The notes: generated by a model from the letters alone, not told the origin. 64,000 nt of DNA from an uncultured Gemmatimonadaceae bacterium (GCA_964444685.1 CAYUIG010000002.1:49586-113585); one strand, 5' to 3'. Positions 1 to 9,637 are shown, counted from the stretch's first letter. Translations and numbers: made by a program.

Positions 1-1
1 G

Positions 2-319
2 TCCGAGTGGGCGGGTGAAGAGTGCTGGCGCGTCCGGCTGGTCTGGAAGTCCGGCCGCGAGTCGTTCGAGTGCTACTCGATCGCAACCGGCCTGCTCATC
101 GGCACCGAGACCACGGCCGCGACTTCGATGGGTGAGGTGCCCACCACGATCACGGTCCAGGAGTACAAGGATTTCGACGGCATCAAGTTCGCCACGAAAG
201 CCACGCAGGCCGCGATGGGCGTCGAGCAGCAGTTCACCTTCACCGCTGTCCACTTCATGGACATCGATCCGAAGGTGTTCGATCTGCCGCCCGAGATTCA
301 GGCGCTGGTCAAGCAATAG
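2..319 (+). CDS. hypothetical protein, 5-prime truncated by the window edge (C-terminal ~105 aa)
   Basis: Frame 2 is open from the window edge to TAG at 317-319. Track ORF 128..319 is only its tail. Beta-rich C-terminus with no catalytic motif recognised. Confidence 0.55.
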   Translation, partial: SEWAGEECWRVRLVWKSGRESFECYSIATGLLIGTETTAATSMGEVPTTITVQEYKDFDGIKFATKATQAAMGVEQQFTFTAVHFMDIDPKVFDLPPEIQALVKQ

Positions 320-325
320 AATCGA

Positions 326-380
326 TCACCGCCGAGGTCGCCGAGGACGCCGAGAACAACATGATCTCGGCGTTCTTTGC
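326..380. repeat. family-2 repeat copy (CACCGC + tandem GCCGAG units)
   Basis: CACCGCCGAGGTCGCCGAGGACGCCGAGAACAAC parallels TTCACCGCAGAGCCGCAGAGAAGGCCGAGAACTGCAAC at 39545. Confidence 0.6.
347..380 (+). terminator. intrinsic terminator-like hairpin (ACGCCGAGA / TCTCGGCGT stem plus T-rich tail) within a family-2 repeat copy
   Basis: A 9-bp perfect stem (347-355 and 365-373) with a 9-nt loop is followed by TCTTTGCGTTCC. It lies 28 nt after the stop codon. Confidence 0.55.
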
Positions 381-504
381 GTTCCCAGGCGTTGAATGCC
401 TTGTTAGTCGCCGTTCGAGGCGGCTAGCGAATCCTGACGTCGTGCCCTCCGACGCAACGTGCGGCCCGGAGCTGCTTGACTGGACAGGTGAGTGAGAAGC
501 GCCG

Positions 505-1701
505 ATGCGTCCGCAGCCTATCCTCGGGGTCCTCGCGTCATGCTTCGCAGGCGCATGCGGTTCCCAGGCGCCTGACGTGTCACAGACATCGGCCGTCGAG
601 GCCACAGCTGTACACGTGTGGAGTGCAGGGGGCACGGCTGAAGTCGCCGGAGTTCAACTGCGCGAGCCGACGAGCGCAACGTTCGGCCCCGATGGATTGC
701 TTGCCGTAGCGGATCCGTACCATGCGGTCGTCCTGCTCCTGCGAACGGACGGCACAATGCGGATTCAGCTCGACCGCCGCGGCTCGGGCCCGGGCGAGTT
801 TCAGCAGCCGGAGCAGGTCGGGTTCCTGGGCGACTCGCTCTTGTGGGTGTTCGACCGGTCGCTGGCTCGCGTTACGCTCTTCGATATGGATGGTAGGGTT
901 GTGGAGACCATGCTGCGTCCGTATCAGCCGATTCCCAAGAGTCGCTGGTCCGCGCGCGGCAAGTGGCTGTTGGCAGATGGAGCCACACTCGGTCGGCCGA
1001 CATCCGACGGTGCTGCGGACTCGATCCCCCTCGTAATGTGGGACCGTGAAGGGAGGCAAAGCGTTGCGGACTGGATTCCCAACCACGGTCCGTCGCTCGA
1101 GCGGATCCGAACCTCGGAAGGATTGGAAATCGGATTTCCTCCTGCGTTCGACGCGAGGCCTATCGTCAACGTTGAATCCGGCGGCAACTGGTTTTACGTC
1201 CTGCATCGTCTGCCGGCCGATAGCGACGTGGGAACGATTCGCATCCAGCGGTACTCCACCGCCGGTGAACGCATGGACTCGATCGTGATCCCGTATCGTG
1301 TCCGATCGATGACCGACAGTCTGATGGGATGGGTGAGGGGACGCGCGGAAGCACTCGTCGATGCCTACCGAACCCAGGGTGGACGCGGATCGCTAACGTT
1401 CGAGGCTGTCATGGAGGGCACGTGGATCCCGCAACGTCTGCCGCCTGTCCGCGAAGCCCTCGCGGATGGCGAGGGCCTATGGCTTCAGCGCGAGGCCTCT
1501 GAGGCGGGACTCTGGGAGCGCTACGAACTTGGCGGCAACCTCGTCTACTCCGTTCGCCTGCCATTCAATTTCAGGGGTCTGGCCAGTGCTCCCGGCTTCG
1601 TGTTCGGATGGCTTGGCGATTCCATGTACGTTCCGGAACTTCGGCTCTATCGCATCCAGGTTCCCGACGACTCCGTAGCGGCTTCAGGAGGTCGCTCGTG
1701 A
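505..1701 (+). CDS. hypothetical secreted protein/lipoprotein, beta-propeller-like
   Basis: 398-aa ORF. The N-terminus MRPQPILGVLASCFAGACGS is signal/lipobox-like. Repeated beta-strand motifs are present. Paralogous architecture to the next gene. Confidence 0.6.
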   Translation: MRPQPILGVLASCFAGACGSQAPDVSQTSAVEATAVHVWSAGGTAEVAGVQLREPTSATFGPDGLLAVADPYHAVVLLLRTDGTMRIQLDRRGSGPGEFQQPEQVGFLGDSLLWVFDRSLARVTLFDMDGRVVETMLRPYQPIPKSRWSARGKWLLADGATLGRPTSDGAADSIPLVMWDREGRQSVADWIPNHGPSLERIRTSEGLEIGFPPAFDARPIVNVESGGNWFYVLHRLPADSDVGTIRIQRYSTAGERMDSIVIPYRVRSMTDSLMGWVRGRAEALVDAYRTQGGRGSLTFEAVMEGTWIPQRLPPVREALADGEGLWLQREASEAGLWERYELGGNLVYSVRLPFNFRGLASAPGFVFGWLGDSMYVPELRLYRIQVPDDSVAASGGRS

Positions 1702-2960
1702 ATTTGGCCTGTCGGCTTCCGATGGCCATGAGTGCCACGCGTGGCGTGTCGGCGTGTGTGATCGCCCTGTTGTTGGCCCAGCTCTCAAATGGCGTCGCGT
1801 ACGCTCAGTCACATCGGATGCTTGCCTATCAGGCGACGGAAGTTCTGGCTGCAAATGAGTATGGTTCCGTGATGGCTTCCGGGATCGGAGCCGACGGCTT
1901 GTTGTACGTTGCGACGCATCACGACGTGCTCGTGGCTCTCGATTGGCGCCGTGGACTCGTTCGACGAATCGATCTGGGAGACTCCGACGAACGAATCCTG
2001 AGGTTGGGCTGGTTCGGCGATAGCATCTGGGTTCACCGAGGCTCTTCGCTTCTGTTGGTCGGGCCGGATCTCAATCGAGTCCGGGAGGTGCCTCTGGACT
2101 TGCCGGGAAGGGTTGGTGAGCTCTACAGCTTTCGACTCCTCGCAGTGACGGGATCCAATCGCGCAGTCGTGCAAACTACCGCCTCGCTTCAGGCACAGGT
2201 ACCGGCGGGCGAGATGCGACGGATCATAGAGGAAAAGCTTCGTGTCTCGTATCCAGGGCCCGTGTCGGAGCTCCCTGTATGGGTGACCGATTTCGAGAAC
2301 TCCGAGCTCGACACGCTCATGCTGCTGTCAACGCGCAACTTCGTAGACGTGGCCACGTCGAACCTGGACGTCGAGATCGCGACGGCGGACTCGTTCGTCG
2401 TGAAGGAGCAGCTGATCCTCCAGCCATTCGGTGACTATCCCCTCGTGGCTTCGGCTGCGGATGGAAGTGTCCTCGTGGTCGTGGACCGCGTCATCGACGG
2501 TGAAGCGGCCCCGGTGTTTACGCTGCACTGGATCAACGCGGGCGGAGACACAATCCGCTCCCATCCGTACGAATTCACTCCGATCCGCATGCGCTCTGGG
2601 TGGCTGCGCGACGCCGCATCGCGGCATTCCAACGGGCTGGCACTGGACTCGGCGGAAGCTGTCAGCCGCGCGATGAGCGCGCTGTACAGCCCACCATGGC
2701 TTCCTTCAGTGTCCGGACTGCAGGTCGGTGGCGATGGGACGGTATGGCTGCGAAGGGAAAATGTCCCCGGCTCCAATGCGGTGGATTGGAGCATCGTCTC
2801 CCCTAACGGCGCTGAAATCGGCTCCGTGCGACTGTCCACGACTTACGACTTGCTCGCCGTTCGCGGCTTGGAGGCGTGGGCGCGCTACGAAGATGAGGAC
2901 GGTGACGCGCAGCTGTGGCACATACAGGTGTCCCAGCCGTCCGGCGGCGGCGGCCGGTGA
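1698..2960 (+). CDS. hypothetical secreted protein, paralog-like neighbour of 505..1701
   Basis: GTG at 1698 overlaps the upstream stop (GTGA) and has AGGAGG 7 nt upstream. Signal-like MAMSATRGVSACVIALLLAQLSNGVAYAQ. The track start at 1608 overlaps the upstream CDS and is unlikely. Confidence 0.6.
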   Translation: MNLACRLPMAMSATRGVSACVIALLLAQLSNGVAYAQSHRMLAYQATEVLAANEYGSVMASGIGADGLLYVATHHDVLVALDWRRGLVRRIDLGDSDERILRLGWFGDSIWVHRGSSLLLVGPDLNRVREVPLDLPGRVGELYSFRLLAVTGSNRAVVQTTASLQAQVPAGEMRRIIEEKLRVSYPGPVSELPVWVTDFENSELDTLMLLSTRNFVDVATSNLDVEIATADSFVVKEQLILQPFGDYPLVASAADGSVLVVVDRVIDGEAAPVFTLHWINAGGDTIRSHPYEFTPIRMRSGWLRDAASRHSNGLALDSAEAVSRAMSALYSPPWLPSVSGLQVGGDGTVWLRRENVPGSNAVDWSIVSPNGAEIGSVRLSTTYDLLAVRGLEAWARYEDEDGDAQLWHIQVSQPSGGGGR

Positions 2961-2989
2961 TCGTTGCTTCCCCGCCCGGTGAAGCGGAA

Positions 2990-4171
2990 TCAGGATCGAT
3001 CCAGCAGACTCGCCGGCCGGATCGCATTCGAGCCGAAGCGCTCGCGCACCGCGTCGGCTGCCTTCGCGATCGAGCGGTCCCGCTCGGTTTCCACCGACTC
3101 CGAATCGAACAGTCCGAGCTGCGCCGCTCCGTCCTCCGCGAAGTGTGACATCGCGATGCCGATCAGGCGTGCGGGCACGCGCCGCCGCGCGCGCAGTTTC
3201 GCCAGCAGCTCGTTCGCTACCGTGATGATGCCGGCATCGCTCTCGATGCCTTCGGGGATGGTGCGTGCAGCGGAGCGCGTGCGGAAGTCTGCGTCGCGCA
3301 GTTTGACGGTGATCGTGCGCGCACGCAAGCCGGCCGTGCGCACGTCGCGGCCCAGCGCGACGGCCAGTGCGCGCAGCTCGTTGCGCAGTGCGTCGTCATC
3401 GTCGATGTCGCGCGGGAACGTCTCCTCGTGCGACATCGACCGCGCCTCGCGCCCCGGCGTCACACGCGCCTCGTCCACTCCCTGCGCCCGGCGCAGCAGC
3501 CAGCGCCCGCGCTCCTCGCCGAGCCACTGCTCGAGCGTGATCGGTTCGTGACGCAGGACGTCGTCGACGGTCACGAGGCCGAGACGTCGCAACTGCTCCG
3601 TGAAGACCGGGCCGATGCCCGGAATGGCGCGCAGCTCCAGCCCGCGCATGAAGTCGGCGACCTCGTCCGCCTCCACGATCCGGACACCCGCGGGCTTCGC
3701 GCGCCCGGCCGCGAGCTTCGCGACGAGCTTGCCGGGGCCGCCGCCGATCGAGATCTGGATCGTGGTCTCGGCCAGAACGGCGGCCTGCATCTCGAGCGCG
3801 ATGTCGCGCGTGCTGCGGCCGCGGTAGAGACCCTCGGTGCCGGCGAGGTCGATGTAGGCCTCGTCGATCGATGCGGCCTCGACGGCCGGGCTGAAGCGCT
3901 CGAGGACGGTCCGGACCTCGTGGCCCTTCTGACTGCACAGCTTCCGCGGGACCGGGACCACCTTCGCCTGCGGGCAGAGCCGGAGCGCCTGACCGGTCGG
4001 CATGCCCGAACGTACGCCGAACGCGCGCGTCTCGTAGGACGCGGAGGTGACGACGCCCCGGCCCTCCGCGGTCCCGCCTACGAGCAGCAGCCGCTCGCGG
4101 CCGGCGCCCTCCGGGTCCGCCAGCCGCGCGCACTGGACGAAGAACTGGTCGCAGTCGGCGAGCAGGATCAT
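2990..4171 (-). CDS. dinB: DNA polymerase IV (Y-family translesion polymerase)
   Basis: MILLADCDQFFVQCA..SASYETRAFGVRSGMP..SIDEAYIDL are hallmark Y-family motifs. Start chosen at the internal Met (aa 44 of the track ORF), where family homology begins. Confidence 0.9.
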   Translation of the reverse strand: MILLADCDQFFVQCARLADPEGAGRERLLLVGGTAEGRGVVTSASYETRAFGVRSGMPTGQALRLCPQAKVVPVPRKLCSQKGHEVRTVLERFSPAVEAASIDEAYIDLAGTEGLYRGRSTRDIALEMQAAVLAETTIQISIGGGPGKLVAKLAAGRAKPAGVRIVEADEVADFMRGLELRAIPGIGPVFTEQLRRLGLVTVDDVLRHEPITLEQWLGEERGRWLLRRAQGVDEARVTPGREARSMSHEETFPRDIDDDDALRNELRALAVALGRDVRTAGLRARTITVKLRDADFRTRSAARTIPEGIESDAGIITVANELLAKLRARRRVPARLIGIAMSHFAEDGAAQLGLFDSESVETERDRSIAKAADAVRERFGSNAIRPASLLDRS

Positions 4172-4266
4172 GCCACAAGATAGCCCCGGGCCCGACCCCT
4201 CGCGCGAGCGGGCGCGATGCCTCATCCTGTCAGCCCGCGCTGGACCAAACTCAGGGGAGGGGAACC

Positions 4267-4959
4267 ATGCGACGCACGCAGATCTTTGGCACACTGGCAC
4301 TGGTCGGGCTCCTGGCCCCCGGCACCGCGGCCGCCCAGGACGCCGACCGGAAGGTCGCCGACGGCGGCATCAAGGTGGAGGGCTGGTCGGGTGCGGTCGA
4401 CGCCCGCGCCGCCGGCGAGGGCGCCACCGTCAACGACGCGCGCTTCGCCGCCGAGGGCGACGGGTTCCGCATCACGACGGGCCCCGCCACGACCTACTGG
4501 TCGAGCGAGCGCCTCACCGGCGACTACACGGTGCGGGCGACGTTCCACGAGGCCGAATACATGGCGCTCAACGACCACCCGCACCCGTACGGCATCATGA
4601 TCGGCGGCAACGACCTCGGCTCCGCCAATCAGAGCCTGCTCTACTGCGCGGCTTACGGGAACGGCAACTACATCGTGCGCGGCTTCGGTCCGGAGCCCTT
4701 CCAGCTCGGCGGCCGCCGGCCGACCCCACACACCGCGGTGAACAGGGCGGCCGGAAAGGGCCAGCCCGTCACGCAGGAAATCGCCGTCTCCGTCCGCGGT
4801 GACAACGTCTCCTGCGAGATCAACGGCACCGTCGTCGCCACCTTCCCGAAGGCCGACCTGGTTGGCGCCGGCAAGCTTGCCAGCACCGACGGCAACTTCG
4901 GTCTGCGCCTCGCGCATAACGTCGAGGTGGTCGTGACCGGCCTTCGCGTTGTGAAGTAG
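4267..4959 (+). CDS. secreted protein, concanavalin/LamG-like (DUF1080-like) fold suspected
   Basis: Signal peptide MRRTQIFGTLALVGLLAPGTAAAQ with GGAGGGG upstream. C-terminal pattern VSCEINGTVVATF..GNFGLRLAHN..VVVTGLRV resembles DUF1080-type jelly-roll domains. Confidence 0.6.
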   Translation: MRRTQIFGTLALVGLLAPGTAAAQDADRKVADGGIKVEGWSGAVDARAAGEGATVNDARFAAEGDGFRITTGPATTYWSSERLTGDYTVRATFHEAEYMALNDHPHPYGIMIGGNDLGSANQSLLYCAAYGNGNYIVRGFGPEPFQLGGRRPTPHTAVNRAAGKGQPVTQEIAVSVRGDNVSCEINGTVVATFPKADLVGAGKLASTDGNFGLRLAHNVEVVVTGLRVVK

Positions 4960-5030
4960 CCGGATAGTCGGGCGACGCACGACGGGCGACGCCCGGCAGG
5001 CGACGAACGACGGGCGACATGTCCGGGAAC

Positions 5031-5075
5031 AGCGGGGGCGCCAACCACGCGATTTCGCATGGTTGCGCCCCCGCT
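5031..5075. other. strong GC-rich stem-loop (about 16 bp stem), possible terminator
   Basis: AGCGGGGGCGCCAACCA, a 12-nt loop, then TGGTTGCGCCCCCGCT. There is no T-tract. Confidence 0.4.
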
Positions 5076-5244
5076 CTCGCGCCCGCCCGCGCCCCCGCAG
5101 TTCCCACCTCGCTCCGCCCCCGCCCCCGCCCCCGCCCGCAGTCGGGTTGTCCCTTTCATCACCCCCGAGTCCCTCTTCTCCCGCGCTTCTCGCTCTGCGC
5201 GACGCTGTGCGCGAACGTGAAACGCAACCGAGACAGGAGGACTG

Positions 5245-7155
5245 ATGCATCGAACGACGATTGCGCTCATCGCAGTGCTGGCAGCCGCACCCGCATCCGC
5301 CCAGAGCGGCCTCCCGACGTCCGACTGGCCGGCTGTCGGCGGCGACGCGGGCGGCATGCGCTGGTCGCAGCACACACGCATCGACCGCACGAACGTGCAG
5401 CAGCTCGCGCCTGCATGGACCTTCCGCACGGGCGAGATGCCGGGAACGGACGGTCACAACCCCAGCAAGTTCGAAGCGACGCCGGTGCTCGCCTGGAACA
5501 CGCTGTTCGTGAGCACGCCGCGCAACGTCGTGATCGCGCTGGTGCCGGAGACAGGCGAGGAGCTGTGGCGGTTCGATCCGGAGATTCCGACGGAAACCCA
5601 CTATTCGGAGGGCTACGTCTCGCGCGGCGTGGCCCTCTTTGAAGACAGCAATGCCTCCGAGTGCCCGCGGAGAGTCTTCCTCGGCACGATGGACGCGCGC
5701 CTCATCGCCATCGATGCAGGCACCGGAGAAAGATGCGCGAGCTTCGGTGAGGATGGCGTCGTCGCATTGAACACGCCGGATGTGCGTTCGCTCTTCGATC
5801 GCGGCCAGTACTCCATGACCTCGCCCCCCGCCGTCATCGGCGACATCGTCGTCATTGGGTCCTCGATCGGTGACAACCGTCGCGTCAAGGTCGAGCGCGG
5901 GATCGTGCGCGGCTACGACGCGCGCACGGGTGAGCTACGCTGGAGCTGGGACCCGATTCCGCTGCCCGGGAAGCCCGGTTCCGATGCATGGCAGCCCGCG
6001 CAGGCGGAAGCGACCGGCGGCGGCAATGCGTGGGGCGTTCTCGCGACTGACGCAGAGCGCGGGCTCGTGTTCGTGCCGACCGGCAGCGCCGCGCCCGACT
6101 TCTACGGCGGCGAGCGCCTCGGCGACAACCGCTACGCGAACAGTGTCGTCGCGCTGCGCGCGGAAACCGGCGAGGTCGCGTGGCACTTCCAGGTCGTGCA
6201 TCACGACCTGTGGGACTACGATGTGCCTGCGCAGCCGGTGCTCACGACACTCCGCATAGACGGCGACGATGTGCCGGTCGTCGTGCAGACGACGAAGATG
6301 GGGCACGTCTTCGTGCTGCATCGCGATACGGGACGTCCCGTGTTCCCGGTGGAGGAGCGCTCTGTGCCGGCGAGCGATGTCCCGGGCGAGCAGGCATGGC
6401 CGACGCAGCCATTCCCCACACGGCCCGCGCCGCTGCATCCCACGCGACTCGATCCCGACAGCCTCGGTATCCTGTCGCCGGAGGACCGCGCGGCCTGCCT
6501 CATGGCGATCGAGGGAATGCGCAACGAGGGGATGTTCACGCCGCCGTCGCTCCAGGGCACGGTCGTGTATCCGAGCTACGTAGGCGGCTCCAACTGGGGT
6601 GGCATGGCGGTGGCGCGCGAGAGCGGGATCGCGGTCGTGCCGATCAATCGCATGCCGGTTTGGGTGCGGCTCATCCCGCGCGACGAATTCGAAGGGGAGT
6701 CGCGCTCCGGGCTGCGCGCGCAGTTCACGCCGCAGCACGGCACTCCGTACGGCATGGCCCGCAGCATCCTGTTCGCACCGTCCGGCGTGCCCTGCTCGCC
6801 GCCGCCCTGGGGCCTGCTCCATGGCGTGGACCTCACCTCCGGGGACATCCTGTGGAGTGTCCCGATCGGCCGCTGGGGCGATCTCGATCCCTCGTTCGGC
6901 TCGGCGATCCTGGGCGGGCCGATGGTGACGGCCGGGGGGCTCGTCTTCATGGCAGGCACGATGGATGACACAATGCGCGCGCTCGACATCGAGACGGGGG
7001 AGGTGCTGTGGAGCGCAAAGCTTCCGGCGGGCGGCAACGCGGTGCCGATGAGCTACGTGGGTCGCGACGGCCGGCAGTACATCGTCATTGCAGCGGGCGG
7101 CCACGGAAACCTCGGCACCACGCCCGGCGACTACGTGGTGGCCTTCGCATTCTGA
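5245..7155 (+). CDS. PQQ-dependent dehydrogenase (glucose/quinate/shikimate family, soluble periplasmic type)
   Basis: Signal peptide, then WPAVGGDAGGMRWS..L.PAWTF.TGE, an N-terminal pattern typical of quinoprotein dehydrogenases. 636 aa with 8-blade propeller-like repeats. AGGAGG RBS. Confidence 0.85.
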   Translation: MHRTTIALIAVLAAAPASAQSGLPTSDWPAVGGDAGGMRWSQHTRIDRTNVQQLAPAWTFRTGEMPGTDGHNPSKFEATPVLAWNTLFVSTPRNVVIALVPETGEELWRFDPEIPTETHYSEGYVSRGVALFEDSNASECPRRVFLGTMDARLIAIDAGTGERCASFGEDGVVALNTPDVRSLFDRGQYSMTSPPAVIGDIVVIGSSIGDNRRVKVERGIVRGYDARTGELRWSWDPIPLPGKPGSDAWQPAQAEATGGGNAWGVLATDAERGLVFVPTGSAAPDFYGGERLGDNRYANSVVALRAETGEVAWHFQVVHHDLWDYDVPAQPVLTTLRIDGDDVPVVVQTTKMGHVFVLHRDTGRPVFPVEERSVPASDVPGEQAWPTQPFPTRPAPLHPTRLDPDSLGILSPEDRAACLMAIEGMRNEGMFTPPSLQGTVVYPSYVGGSNWGGMAVARESGIAVVPINRMPVWVRLIPRDEFEGESRSGLRAQFTPQHGTPYGMARSILFAPSGVPCSPPPWGLLHGVDLTSGDILWSVPIGRWGDLDPSFGSAILGGPMVTAGGLVFMAGTMDDTMRALDIETGEVLWSAKLPAGGNAVPMSYVGRDGRQYIVIAAGGHGNLGTTPGDYVVAFAF

Positions 7156-7156
7156 G

Positions 7157-8227
7157 ATGCGACGCGTGAACGTATTCGTCGCCATCCTGCTGACGGCCAT
7201 CGGGGCGACGTTCCTCTTCACCTACCACTTCCTCGATGACGTGGCGCGGGGAACGGGAACGCCGTTCGCAGAACCGCTGATCGAGGAGTTCACCGCCGCG
7301 TTTTCACTCCTCGCTCTGCTGCCGCTGGTGGTGCGACTCGCGCGCCGTTGCCGGCTCGACGGCCCCGGCTGGCCGCGTGCGGCGGCCGTGCACGTGCCCG
7401 CCGCGTTGCTGTTCGGCGCCGTGGACACGTCGCTCATGTGGGCCTCGCGCAGCCTCATCTTCCCGCTCTTCGGGCTGGGCGCGTACAACTACGGCCGGAT
7501 GCCCGTACGTTATTTCATGGAGCTGCCGATGCAGCTCATCGCGTACGGCACGATCCTGATCGTGGTGTACCTGATCGACCACGTGCGTGCGGTTCGCGAA
7601 CGTGATCTGCGCATGGCGCAGCTCGAAACGCAGCTCGTGCGCGCGCGGCTGGACGCGCTGCGCGCACAGATCCAGCCGCACTTCCTCTTCAACGCACTGA
7701 ACGCAGTGTCGTCCGTGATGTACGAGGATCCAGCCGCCGCCGACACGATCCTCGCCCGCCTCTCCGAACTGCTGCGGCGGAGCATGCGTTCGGACGCCGA
7801 GCCGTTCGTGCCGCTCGCCGAGGAACTCGAGACCGTCGACCTCTACTTCGACGTACTGCGCGCCCGTTTCGGCGACGGCGTCCACCTAACGATCGAGCAC
7901 AGTGGTGAACGCGACGCGCGCGTGCCGCCGCTCGTGCTCCAGCCGCTCGTCGAGAACGCGGTGCGGCACGGCCGGCCGGCGAACGGAACGGCGCAGCGGA
8001 TTACCGTGCGTGCGCGCGTCGCCGGATCGCATACGGAGCTGGAAGTGGAGGACAACGGTCCGGGGATGAGCGAGGACTGGCGCACGCACGCAGGCATCGG
8101 GCTGACCAACACGATCGAGCGGCTTCAGCGCCTCTACGGCGACGACTTCGACCTCGACATCCAGCGCGCCCCCGACGGTGGGGCGAACGTGCGGCTGCGA
8201 CTGCCGCGCACGGCGGATCCGGGATGA
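7157..8227 (+). CDS. sensor histidine kinase, LytS/YehU-type (His_kinase + HATPase_c), about 4 TM N-terminus
   Basis: QIQPHFLFNALN motif and LVLQPLVENAVRHG N-box. Start moved to ATG 7157, just after the upstream stop. Confidence 0.85.
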   Translation: MRRVNVFVAILLTAIGATFLFTYHFLDDVARGTGTPFAEPLIEEFTAAFSLLALLPLVVRLARRCRLDGPGWPRAAAVHVPAALLFGAVDTSLMWASRSLIFPLFGLGAYNYGRMPVRYFMELPMQLIAYGTILIVVYLIDHVRAVRERDLRMAQLETQLVRARLDALRAQIQPHFLFNALNAVSSVMYEDPAAADTILARLSELLRRSMRSDAEPFVPLAEELETVDLYFDVLRARFGDGVHLTIEHSGERDARVPPLVLQPLVENAVRHGRPANGTAQRITVRARVAGSHTELEVEDNGPGMSEDWRTHAGIGLTNTIERLQRLYGDDFDLDIQRAPDGGANVRLRLPRTADPG

Positions 8228-8982
8228 CGGAGCTGACCGTCGTCGTCGCCGATGATGAGCCGCCGGCACGGCGAAAGCTGGCGCGGCTCATCGATGCCGA
8301 ACCGGGACTGAAGCTCGTGGCCGAGGCGGCCAACGGTGCGGAGGCGGTAACGGCCGTACGAGCGCACCGGCCGGACGTGCTGTTTCTCGACGTGCAGATG
8401 CCCGAGCCGGACGGCTTCGGCGTACTCGAGGCGCTCGCGGGTGAGCGGCTGCCGCACATCGTGTTCGTGACCGCGTTCGACGAGTACGCCGTGAAGGCGT
8501 TCGAAGTGCAGGCGGTCGACTACCTGCTCAAGCCGTACGATCCGCCCCGATTCCGAAACGCGGTCGAGCGCGTCCGCGAGCGTGCATCGGCCGGACGAGC
8601 ATCGAGCGAACGGATCAACGAGCTGCTCGCCGGCATGCTGGAGCGGCGCACGCCCGTCGAGCGGCTGCTCGTCGATGCCGGCGAGCGCAGCTACTTCGTT
8701 CCTGCGAATGAGATCGACTGGATCGAGGCGGCGGGGAACTACGCCGTGCTGCACGCGGGCGGTGAACGCCACATCGTGCGCGCCACTCTCACGTCGCTGG
8801 AGAAGAGCCTGGACCCACAGCGTTTCGCGCGCGTGCACAAGGGCCACATCGTGAATCTCGATCGTGTGCGCGAGCTGCGGCCGTGGTCGCACGGCGACCG
8901 CGTGGTCGTGCTGACGGACGGCACAGAGCTGATGCTGAGCCGCCGCTACCGCGACCGTCTGGAGCGATTCTTTCCGGGGTGA
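8224..8982 (+). CDS. LytTR-family response regulator (REC + LytTR DNA-binding)
   Basis: VVVADDEPPAR..DVLFLDVQMPEPDG receiver and a C-terminal LytTR pattern (IDWIEAAGNY..LH..RATL..LE..L....F.RVHKG.IVNL). ATGA overlap with the kinase stop. Confidence 0.9.
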   Translation: MTELTVVVADDEPPARRKLARLIDAEPGLKLVAEAANGAEAVTAVRAHRPDVLFLDVQMPEPDGFGVLEALAGERLPHIVFVTAFDEYAVKAFEVQAVDYLLKPYDPPRFRNAVERVRERASAGRASSERINELLAGMLERRTPVERLLVDAGERSYFVPANEIDWIEAAGNYAVLHAGGERHIVRATLTSLEKSLDPQRFARVHKGHIVNLDRVRELRPWSHGDRVVVLTDGTELMLSRRYRDRLERFFPG

Positions 8983-8983
8983 T

Positions 8984-9394
8984 TCAGCGCTCGAGGAGCG
9001 CGCGGTGCTCGGAGCGGAGATTGTCGCAGAAGCACTCGAGCGAGTAGGCGAGACGTTCGGCCGGCGCATCGAGATCCTCGACGTGACCCGCGTTCGCGCG
9101 CTCCTCGATCAGGCCGCAGATCGATTCCGCCTCCTCCGCGCCCATGTTGCCGCAGCTGCCGCGCAGGGAATGCGCAGCGAACGCGACGCCCTTGGCGTCG
9201 CCTGACGCGATGCCCTCACGGATCGCTTCGATCCGCTTCGGCACCTCGGTCAGGAAAACGCCGAGGATTTCGCGCACGAAGTCGTCGCTCCCGATCTGCA
9301 GGAGCCGCTTGACCACGCTTTCCAATGTCTGACCTGTCTCGGGACACGCTCGGGACGTTCGCTCGGGGAGCAACGCGTCCGGGACGCCGCCCAT
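8984..9394 (-). CDS. stand-alone Hpt (histidine phosphotransfer) domain protein
   Basis: AHSLRGSCGNMGA matches the Hpt HxLKGSxxxxGA signature. The start codon is uncertain (see finding on TGTATAATG). Confidence 0.7.
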   Translation of the reverse strand: MGGVPDALLPERTSRACPETGQTLESVVKRLLQIGSDDFVREILGVFLTEVPKRIEAIREGIASGDAKGVAFAAHSLRGSCGNMGAEEAESICGLIEERANAGHVEDLDAPAERLAYSLECFCDNLRSEHRALLER

Positions 9395-9637
9395 TATACA
9401 GGGTCGTGCCTGTGCGCAACACAGGGCGTCCGGCCGCGGGGGCTCGGGCGGGCGCGGGGGCGATGCGAGCTGGGAAATGCGGGACGCCCAAGCTCCATTC
9501 CATCCCGTACTTCCCCTCGCACCGCGCCCGCCCGCCGCCCATGTCCGGTGCCGTTCCGAATGGGGACCTGAACCCGATTCCGGTTTCTCCGTCCCACCCC
9601 CGTTGCTGCGGCCCTGACGTTCTGCGACTCTGGAGGC

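Noticed and set aside
4222-7221. Long antisense or alternative-frame ORFs (e.g. 4222..5601 minus, 5935..7221 minus, 3396..4178 minus, 3428..4183 plus)
   Set aside because: These are typical high-GC artefacts. The products are Arg/Ala/Pro/Gly-rich with no motifs, and they lie fully inside or opposite genes with clear family signatures (dinB, the DUF1080-like protein, the PQQ dehydrogenase).
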